Shown: positions 25,656 to 32,000 of the stretch, in pieces
How positions within the stretch are numbered: position 1 is the first letter of the stretch
Layout: each line of letters opens with the position of its first letter
Assembly: GCF_000020225.1 (NCBI RefSeq)
Contig: NC_010655.1
Location: 870,001 to 902,000, forward strand
Source of the DNA: Akkermansia muciniphila ATCC BAA-835
GTDB lineage: Bacteria > Verrucomicrobiota > Verrucomicrobiia > Verrucomicrobiales > Akkermansiaceae
Length of the DNA: 32,000 bases
Reading direction: 5' to 3'
The notes under the pieces: generated by a model
The model's database searches: none
The model's input: the letters and a program-made list of their open reading frames with translations, nothing else
Told to the model about the DNA's origin: nothing
Program-made: the position numbers and the translations under genes

Positions 25656-27728
25656 ATGAGCAAATTCTTTTCTGAAACCTTTTGTTCACCTTCTCCCCAC
25701 CAAGCCGGAGGCGCCATCCACGGAACCTATTTCCCGCACATTGACGGCCTGCGTACTTTTGCCGTGCTGGCCGTCGTCCTGTACCATTTGCAGGAAGGGA
25801 TCTGCCCTGGAGGCTATGCAGGCGTGGACATCTTCTTTGTCATCTCCGGATATCTGATTGGCGGAGGCCTCATCCGTAGCCTGAAGGAGGGAACGTTCTC
25901 CCTGACCTCCTTTTACCTCCGGAGAATCAGGCGCATCATGCCCGCCTACTTCTGCCTGATTGCGGCCGTGCTGGCTTTCGGCTGCGTCGTTCTGGACTGC
26001 GATGACCTGCGGACTCTGGGCCGGACGGTGAGATCCAGCGCCCTTTTCATCACCAACACGTACTTCAGCAGAACCACAGGGGATTACTTCAGCCCGGCGG
26101 CGGAAGAAAACCCTTTGCTGAACCTGTGGTCCCTGAGCGTGGAAGAACAATTTTACCTGATGATTCCGCTTACCCTGTGGCTGCTCTGGAAATTCAGGGA
26201 AAAAGCCGTCAAACCCGTTCTATGGGGGGCGCTGGGCCTCTCCTTCTTCGCCGCCGCCTTCCACATGGGGCATCTGGAACATAACAAGGCCTTCTATCTG
26301 CTTTACTGCCGCGCCTGGGAACTTCTGGCCGGCTGCCTTCTGGCTCTGGCTCCCGCCGCAGAACAGAACCGGGGAACCGGATGGCTGCGGACGGCGGGAT
26401 GGGCCGGAATCCTGCTCCCCTTTGCCTGTTATACCTCTTCCACTCCTTTTCCCGGATACACGGCCATCCCTTCCATCGCGGGGGCGGCCCTGCTTATCCG
26501 TTACGGAAACCATGGCTGGTCCGGGCGTATCCTCAGGCACCCGCTCAGCACGGGCATCGGCAAAATCTCCTACTCCCTCTATTTGTGGCATTGGCCAGTT
26601 ATCGTGTACTGGACATACGTCTGTTTCGATGAATGCTCTCCCTGGGATTATGCGGGCATGTTCCTTCTCTCCCTTCTTCTGGGTTTCCTTTCCTGGAAAT
26701 TCGTGGAAACCCCCTTCAGAACGACCGTCTCATGGCAAACTCCCGGAAAAGCGTTTCTGGCCACGGCAGCAGGGTGCCTCATGCTGGGATTTGCCGGTGA
26801 ATGGCTCAAATGGACGGACGGCGCGCGGGATTACTGGCATGTAGCGGCCAACAGCATGGAATTCCCTGAATACTGGAAAGGGCCGGCCTTCCCGCCCTCC
26901 TTCGGCATCACGCCTCCCAGCCGGGCGGTGGTGGAAAAGGGCAACGCCATTCAGCACCATCATCCGGAGCTGGGGGATGTGACGGATTACCCTTTTGTCC
27001 TGCTGGGAAAAAACGGGCAGGCCCCTTCCTTCCTGCTTATGGGGGACAGCCATGCCATGGCCAGTTCCCCCGGATTTGACGAGGCCGCGCGGCTTCTTCA
27101 GCGCTCGGGCCTGTTCTACCGCGCGCGCCTGTGTCCGCTGAGCGGCATCTCCGGCTCCGGAGACTCCTCTTCCCTGACGCTCCTGCGCCTGATGTACCCC
27201 CATTGGGAACACAATATGGAACTAATTCTGGACTGGCTGGAAAATACCCCCCAGGTAAAGACCGTATTCATCCACAACCGCTGGATTGAACTGGTGAACA
27301 ATCACCGGGATACGCGCCTGAAACAACTGGTTGCAGACGGCCTGCGCCACACCTGTGCGCGTCTTCGGAAAGCCGGCAAGCAAATCGTGCTGCTGGGTCC
27401 CGTTCCCGAATGGACTTTCGGCCCGCGCAAGCTCATGCGGCGCAATGCCCTGCTGAACGCCAACCGGACAGACCGCCTGCTGGGCGGGGACTTCAACACG
27501 CGGCAGCGTCCGGTATTCGCCCTGTTGGAGCACATGGAATCCACAGGCCTGTGCCGCTTCATTCCCCTCCACGGCACCTTCCATAAAAATGGGCGGTGGC
27601 TGGCGGAAGACAGCGGCCAATTAATGTACTGCGACGACAATCACCTTTCCCCCTACGGGTCCAGAAAAATGGTCGGCGACATCATCGACCAGCTTTTCCC
27701 GGGAATGGAAAGAACAGCAGCCAACTGA
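25656..27728 (+). CDS. acyltransferase family 3 (OafA-like) fused to a C-terminal SGNH domain; glycan O-acetyltransferase
   Basis: 690 aa. FPHIDGLRTFAVLAVVLYH and FFVISGYL, then about 10 TM segments. The C-terminal domain has LLMGDSHA and CDDNHLS (SGNH blocks I and V). Confidence 0.9.
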   Translation: MSKFFSETFCSPSPHQAGGAIHGTYFPHIDGLRTFAVLAVVLYHLQEGICPGGYAGVDIFFVISGYLIGGGLIRSLKEGTFSLTSFYLRRIRRIMPAYFCLIAAVLAFGCVVLDCDDLRTLGRTVRSSALFITNTYFSRTTGDYFSPAAEENPLLNLWSLSVEEQFYLMIPLTLWLLWKFREKAVKPVLWGALGLSFFAAAFHMGHLEHNKAFYLLYCRAWELLAGCLLALAPAAEQNRGTGWLRTAGWAGILLPFACYTSSTPFPGYTAIPSIAGAALLIRYGNHGWSGRILRHPLSTGIGKISYSLYLWHWPVIVYWTYVCFDECSPWDYAGMFLLSLLLGFLSWKFVETPFRTTVSWQTPGKAFLATAAGCLMLGFAGEWLKWTDGARDYWHVAANSMEFPEYWKGPAFPPSFGITPPSRAVVEKGNAIQHHHPELGDVTDYPFVLLGKNGQAPSFLLMGDSHAMASSPGFDEAARLLQRSGLFYRARLCPLSGISGSGDSSSLTLLRLMYPHWEHNMELILDWLENTPQVKTVFIHNRWIELVNNHRDTRLKQLVADGLRHTCARLRKAGKQIVLLGPVPEWTFGPRKLMRRNALLNANRTDRLLGGDFNTRQRPVFALLEHMESTGLCRFIPLHGTFHKNGRWLAEDSGQLMYCDDNHLSPYGSRKMVGDIIDQLFPGMERTAAN

Positions 27729-27766
27729 CGGAAGCTCCGCACGGAAAAACATCCAATCCTTTGACA

Positions 27767-27794
27767 TTGACAAGGCATGCAGGCCCCCTACACT
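27767..27794 (+). promoter_or_regulatory. putative promoter of the second GT10-like gene
   Basis: TTGACA (27767-27772), a 16-nt spacer, then TACACT (27789-27794). The spacing and -10 box are the same as at 24521-24548. It is preceded by a second TTGACA in tandem (27761-27766). The leader is about 90 nt. Confidence 0.45.
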
Positions 27795-27887
27795 GGCGCC
27801 AGGCAGTAAAGCCTTCGCGATGGTCCCGGATAAAAGCCCGGAATATGAAGGCCATACCGCGTCCCCCTATTCAACGCCTGTACTCCC

Positions 27888-28919
27888 ATGACGGATTCCT
27901 CCCGCCCCACACGCATCAAGGTCATCAGAAAATCCATGAAGGCCTCTCCGGATCAAACGGAATCCCTGTTGTGGGGCGACTGCCTGTTCTGCACGGACGC
28001 CGCCATGACGGATTACGACTGGGTTCTGGTATACGACGAATTTCCCAGAACTCCCGTGGGCACCATCAGGAATGAAACGGAACCCCTTCTCTGTCCTCCG
28101 GACCAGACTATCCTGATTACGGTGGAGCCCCCCTCCATCAAAATCTACAGCAGGGCATACACCAGCCAATTCGGCACCGTTCTCACCACCCACTCCATCC
28201 GGGACCTTCCGCACCCCGGGCACACCTTGGGCCGCGGATGTCTTGAATGGCTGTACATCAAGCCCATGCAGGAAATTCTGGACCAGAAGGAATTCCCGAA
28301 GACAAAAATGCTCTCCACCATCTGCTCCGCCAAGCAGCATACGCATACCATGCATAAAAAGCGCTATGATCTTACGCGTTACCTGGCGGACCGTCTGCCG
28401 GAACTGGACTGGTTCGGACACGGCATCCGGGAAATAGAAAATAAAACCGTCGCCATGGATGACTACAAATATCATCTATGCGTGGAAAACCATCTGGAAC
28501 CCCACCATTGGACGGAAAAACTGTCTGATGCCTTTGTTGCCATGACCCTTCCCTTTTACGCCGGGGATCCGTTGGCAACGGAATGCTTCCCGCAGGAAAG
28601 CTTCATCCCCATCCCGCTGGACAACCCGCAAAAAGCCCTTGAAATCATCCGCAAGGCCATGGAGGACGGAGAATATGAAAAACGGCTCCCCGCCATCCGT
28701 GAGGCAAGGCGCCTGGTGCTGGAAAAATACAACATGTTCGCTCAAACAGCGGCAGTCATTCACAACCACAGGGAAACGGGAACCATACGCCCCGGAGCCA
28801 TGCTGAAAGGACGCCACGTTCTGCGGAAAAATCCGCTCCATGCCCTTCGGGAATTGACGGACACGCTGGCCTATAAAATCAGGTCGCGCGGCAGGCGCGG
28901 AACCGGAACCGGAGCATAA
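27888..28919 (+). CDS. glycosyltransferase family 10-like protein (divergent fucosyltransferase)
   Basis: 343 aa. YKYHLCVENHLEPHHWTEKLSDAFVAMTLPFYAGDP fits the GT10 core motif (ENxxxxxY/WxTEK ... IP.YxG). The rest of the protein is divergent from the upstream FutA-like protein. Confidence 0.72.
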   Translation: MTDSSRPTRIKVIRKSMKASPDQTESLLWGDCLFCTDAAMTDYDWVLVYDEFPRTPVGTIRNETEPLLCPPDQTILITVEPPSIKIYSRAYTSQFGTVLTTHSIRDLPHPGHTLGRGCLEWLYIKPMQEILDQKEFPKTKMLSTICSAKQHTHTMHKKRYDLTRYLADRLPELDWFGHGIREIENKTVAMDDYKYHLCVENHLEPHHWTEKLSDAFVAMTLPFYAGDPLATECFPQESFIPIPLDNPQKALEIIRKAMEDGEYEKRLPAIREARRLVLEKYNMFAQTAAVIHNHRETGTIRPGAMLKGRHVLRKNPLHALRELTDTLAYKIRSRGRRGTGTGA

Positions 28920-28943
28920 CCTGAATTCCGGGCGCGCGGCAGC

Positions 28944-28955
28944 GGGGGGGGGGGG
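28944..28955. repeat. homopolymeric G12 tract
   Basis: Counted directly (agc + 12 g + cagg). It starts 25 nt after the GT10-like stop and is followed immediately by the small hairpin GGCAGG-ccttc-CCTGCC. Confidence 0.95.
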
Positions 28956-29230
28956 CAGGCCTTCCCTGCCAGTAAAGAAAATGGGCGTCCGATCTTCTGC
29001 CGATGGCCGCGCGGCTGGCGGAACGGAAAGCTTCCATGTGATGGAAAGATTCAAAAGGAACGCTTTCCCCGGTACCCAGCCTCCTGCCCATTAAAGCATG
29101 AACGGCTCCGTCAACCCTCTTCTCAGGGAATACATGGCCTGGAACCCTTTGAACGACAGGGAAACCGCAACCGTATCCGCCATTCCTCCGCCACACCGCA
29201 ACCAGGGCGGCAAATACCGTCCCGACAGCC

Positions 29231-29263
29231 CCGTCCGGTCTGAAATCGATTCAAACCGGACGG
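29231..29263. terminator. 9-bp stem hairpin in convergent intergenic region
   Basis: CCGTCCGGT (29231-29239) pairs with ACCGGACGG (29255-29263) around a 15-nt, partly self-pairing loop. It lies 30 nt beyond the EF-hand gene stop. No canonical U-run follows on either strand. Confidence 0.35.
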
Positions 29264-29293
29264 AAAACAGGCAATTAATAAAACGGAAAAACC

Positions 29294-29527
29294 TTAATCT
29301 ACTTTGCGGGAAGCGTGCCTCTTGGCCCGTTCCTCCTCCCGCTGCTTCTTCAGGTCTTCCTTCATCTTGGCCTTCTCTTCGGAATCCAGCTTGCCGTCCT
29401 TGTTAACATCATATTTTTCAAGGAGGGCGGCTTTCTTTTCCGCAGAAGTCATTCTCTTGGGAGCGTCTTCCTCCGCCATGGAAGGCATGGCGAAAGCAAC
29501 GGCCAGAACAATAAGCAAATACTTCAT
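29294..29527 (-). CDS. secreted small EF-hand calcium-binding protein
   Basis: 77 aa. Signal peptide MKYLLIVLAVAFAMPSMA|EE, then one canonical EF-hand loop DVNKDGKLDSEE, flanked by Lys/Glu-rich helices. Confidence 0.7.
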   Translation of the reverse strand: MKYLLIVLAVAFAMPSMAEEDAPKRMTSAEKKAALLEKYDVNKDGKLDSEEKAKMKEDLKKQREEERAKRHASRKVD

Positions 29528-29651
29528 GATTAAACGGGGTTCTTGAATAATCCTTTTCTACTCCCGCGCGTCCCGGTTGTCTCTCTTTTTTTAGCAATAC
29601 ATGCAAATTCCCCGGCCATGCCCCTTTTCCGCCGCGTAAACTCCCCCCCGG

Positions 29652-31517
29652 TTAAGCCTTCCCGAACGGGAAAAATAGCGGAATCACCACTACCATGACC
29701 AGCCCCATGATCACCTGCAGGGGAACGCCCACTTTCACGTAATCCATGAACGTATATTTCCCTGCCGGCATAACCAGGGCATTGGGCGGCGTGGAAAAGG
29801 GTGAAGCAAAACACATGCTGGTGCCTACGGAAACCGCCAGCAGCAGCGGATAGGGGCTGATGCCCATACTCGCCGCGGATTGCAGGGCGATAGGCGCCAG
29901 AAGCACCGCCGTAGCCGTATTGCTGATAAACATGGTCAGCAGGGACGCCGTGAAATAGACGCCCGCCATCAGGGCAAACGGCCCGAATCCCCCCAGTCCG
30001 ACCACCAGCCCGTGGGAAATGGCCTCTGAGGCTCCCGTCTTCTCCAGCGCTACGGACATCGGCAGCATGGCGGCAATCAGCACGATGCTCTCCCAGTTGA
30101 TCGTCCGGTACGCCTCCTCCACATTGCGCAGACAGCCGCACAACACCATCAGGACGGCGGCAATCAATACCGCCGCCACAGCAGGCACCCAGTTGAACAC
30201 CATGGCCGCAATCATCAGCAGCATAATGCCTGCGGCCAGGGGGGCCTTATGCGTCAGGGTCACCTTGGAGGCCTCCGCCAGGGGCTGGCCCACGACAACC
30301 CATTCAAAAGTTTTCTCGCTCAGGCGCGCAATATCCGTCCAGGTTCCCTGAATCAGCAGCGTATCTCCGTACTGGAGCTTCACATCCTTCAAATTATGGA
30401 AAATGTAATGGTTGTCCCGCTGGATGGCCAGAATATTGACCCCGTACTTGGCGCGCAGCCCCGAAGACTTCACGGGCATGTTGATAAGGTCCGAGTTCCG
30501 CATGAGCAGCATTTCCGCAATGCCTATCTCGTCAAACTTCAATTTGCTTTTCAACAGGGAATCCGTATCTTCCGACGTCTTCCGGTTAATCATCTCCGCC
30601 CCATATTCCCGGGCAAAACGGGCCACGTCCTCAAACTCCCCCATGACATAAATGACGTCGCCCCGGGCCACCCTCGTATCTGAACCCGCCATGGTCTGGC
30701 TGACCGTCTGCAGGAAGGAATGCCGGCCGGAATGCCTGCGGCGCACCTCCACAATATTCACGCGGTAAAGGTCCGGTATCTGAAGATCATGCAGAGGATG
30801 TTCCGTCAGAGGGGAATCCTCCAGCACCCGGAGGCGGTAAAGATTATTAATAATCTGGTACTCGTCTATCAACTGGCTGAGGGATTTCCCCTTGGCCTCG
30901 TGTTCCGCCCTGTCGTCATGGCGTCCCAGAAACCTCCTGCTGAGGGGGATCAGCACCAAGATGCCCGTCACGATGCAGACAAGGCCGATGGGGGTGAACG
31001 CAAAAAAGCCCAGCCCCTCCATTCCGGCCTCCTGAAGCTGGTTGTTGACGACAAGGTTGGGGGGCGTGCCGATCAGCGTCAGCATGCCGCCCATACTGCT
31101 GGCAAATGCCATGGGCATGAGCAGACGGCTCGTCTGGATGCCTCCGTCCGCAGCCAGGCTCACCAAAATAGGCAGCATCAGCGCTACCGTCCCCGTATTG
31201 CTGACAAATGCGCCTATGCCGGCTGTAACAAGCATGGTCAGCACCAGCAGGCGCAACTCGCTCCTGCCGGCCAGTTTCATGATTCTGCCGCCCATCATCT
31301 TGGCCAGGCCCGTCCGGAAAATGGCGCCTCCCACCACGAAAAGCCCCACCATCATCACCACAATGGAATTGGAAAAGCCGGAAAGCGCCTGTTCCGGGCT
31401 CAAAATCCCGAACATAATCAGGCAGAGCAGGGAACACAGCGCGACAAGATCAGAACGAATCCTCCCCTGGACAAATAAAACGGCGGATACTCCCAGAATG
31501 AGAAGCGTGGTCAACAT
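29652..31517 (-). CDS. SLC13/DASS-type permease with two central TrkA-C (RCK_C) domains
   Basis: 621 aa. Two multi-TM halves (...GTPPN... and ...STPPN... hairpin motifs) are separated by about 200 soluble residues. That soluble region has two TrkA-C-like repeats (RGDVIYVMGEFEDVARF; YGDTLLIQGTWTDIARL). Confidence 0.88.
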   Translation of the reverse strand: MLTTLLILGVSAVLFVQGRIRSDLVALCSLLCLIMFGILSPEQALSGFSNSIVVMMVGLFVVGGAIFRTGLAKMMGGRIMKLAGRSELRLLVLTMLVTAGIGAFVSNTGTVALMLPILVSLAADGGIQTSRLLMPMAFASSMGGMLTLIGTPPNLVVNNQLQEAGMEGLGFFAFTPIGLVCIVTGILVLIPLSRRFLGRHDDRAEHEAKGKSLSQLIDEYQIINNLYRLRVLEDSPLTEHPLHDLQIPDLYRVNIVEVRRRHSGRHSFLQTVSQTMAGSDTRVARGDVIYVMGEFEDVARFAREYGAEMINRKTSEDTDSLLKSKLKFDEIGIAEMLLMRNSDLINMPVKSSGLRAKYGVNILAIQRDNHYIFHNLKDVKLQYGDTLLIQGTWTDIARLSEKTFEWVVVGQPLAEASKVTLTHKAPLAAGIMLLMIAAMVFNWVPAVAAVLIAAVLMVLCGCLRNVEEAYRTINWESIVLIAAMLPMSVALEKTGASEAISHGLVVGLGGFGPFALMAGVYFTASLLTMFISNTATAVLLAPIALQSAASMGISPYPLLLAVSVGTSMCFASPFSTPPNALVMPAGKYTFMDYVKVGVPLQVIMGLVMVVVIPLFFPFGKA

Positions 31518-31711
31518 AGCAATAAACGGCAGGAGTGAAAAAACGGCAAGGGAGGATATCTAACATGACCTGCACGTCTTGTCGATAGGCTGAACAAGTC
31601 ATTCACAAAACCGTCTCTCCGCCGGCATCCGGCAGAAAAAACACTTTATGCATCCTGCTCGGAGAACCCCGCTTCCTCTTTCCTTCTCCGGTATCATGGG
31701 GATGAGGAAAC

Positions 31712-31742
31712 AATAAAAAACGCGCTCTCTGAAAGAACGCGC
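31712..31742 (-). terminator. rho-independent terminator downstream of tRNA-Tyr
   Basis: Minus strand reads CGCGTTCT-(short loop)-AGAGCGCG, an 8-9 bp stem with one G.U pair, followed by TTTTTTATT. It lies 15 nt after the tRNA 3' end. Confidence 0.65.
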
Positions 31743-31756
31743 CATAAAATGAAAAG

Positions 31757-31842
31757 TGGTGGGTAGAGAAGGATTCGAACCTTCGAAAGCAAATGCTAAC
31801 AGATTTACAGTCTGCCCCCTTTGACCGCTCGGGAATCTACCC
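31757..31842 (-). tRNA. tRNA-Tyr (anticodon GTA), class II with long variable arm, CCA encoded
   Basis: The reverse complement reads GGGTAGATTCCCGAGCGGTCAAAGGGGGCAGACTGTAAATCTGTTAGCATTTGCTTTCGAAGGTTCGAATCCTTCTCTACCCACCA. It has a 7-bp acceptor stem, anticodon loop CTGTAAA, T-arm GAAGGTTCGAATCCTTC, and close similarity to E. coli tRNA-Tyr as recalled. Confidence 0.93.
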
Positions 31843-31862
31843 ACTTGAAGTGATGTGCGGCG

Positions 31863-31891
31863 AATGTATAGGGATTCCCGTGCCTTAGCAA
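31863..31891 (-). promoter_or_regulatory. putative tRNA-Tyr promoter
   Basis: Minus strand reads TTGCTA, a 17-nt spacer, then TACATT. An A/T-rich block (TTTTTATAAAAAAAA) lies just upstream. The -10 box ends about 20 nt before the mature 5' end. Motif inference only. Confidence 0.35.
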
Positions 31892-32000
31892 GTTTTTTTT
31901 ATAAAAAGTAGGTCCTCCCAGAAGCAGAAACCCCATATGCAACAGCCATGCCGCCGGAAGGAAAGCTGATGCAGGAACACAAGACCGGAAAAGGCAATTT

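Noticed and set aside
29098-29406. 102-aa plus-strand ORF in the convergent intergenic region
   Set aside because: Its 3' third is antisense to the EF-hand gene. There are no motifs and no obvious start context. It could at most be a short peptide, which cannot be supported from sequence alone.
29530-30141. 203-aa minus-strand ORF overlapping the 3' part of the SLC13 gene
   Set aside because: It is an alternative frame of a clearly membrane-protein-coding region, and the translation is Gly/Arg-rich.
31599-31844. 81-aa minus-strand ORF
   Set aside because: It overlaps the tRNA-Tyr gene and its terminator. The tRNA assignment is far better supported.
1-32000. CRISPR arrays, rRNA genes, transposases/integrases, prophage or toxin-antitoxin modules
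   Set aside because: I looked for regularly spaced repeats and for recombinase, transposase or phage-like ORFs on both strands. None was seen.

Overview
About 55% GC bacterial chromosomal segment. The gene content and the prepilin-type pseudopilin suggest Verrucomicrobiota, possibly Akkermansia-like; this is an unverified inference. All coordinates come from hand reading and should be treated as approximate. Left half (1-16.3 kb) is mostly housekeeping. It holds a partial unknown gene, an LMW protein-tyrosine phosphatase, guaB-guaA, a maa-like acetyltransferase plus a HAD hydrolase, a single AT-rich NYN/OST-HTH gene, an AEC transporter, a lipoprotein, DAHP synthase, a pseudopilin, secG, panD, ribF-truB-nrnA, a tiny lipoprotein and a metallophosphoesterase. 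Right half (16.4-28.9 kb) is a two-armed surface-glycan (LOS/LPS-type) locus. The minus arm is hldD-GT9-GT2-GT8. The plus arm is GT2, an unknown ORF, GT4, an H. pylori FutA-like GT10 fucosyltransferase, an AT3-SGNH O-acyltransferase and a second GT10-like gene. After it come a secreted EF-hand mini-protein, an SLC13 permease with two TrkA-C domains, and tRNA-Tyr(GTA). I saw no CRISPR array, rRNA, transposase or integrase. Most long ORFs in the track that lie antisense to these genes are GC-driven shadows. The most unusual signal is non-coding. A 15-bp palindrome (CGGATT-N3-AATCCG) occurs four times, only in the control regions of the plus glycan arm, arranged as two pairs. Within each pair the asymmetric 3-nt cores are reverse complements. 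In each pair the downstream copy sits between a TTGAC -35 box and a TAC... -10 box. The pattern is compatible with invertible (phase-variable) promoter segments or with a looping operator system. The two GT10 genes also carry a near-identical promoter module, and a G12 tract follows the locus.
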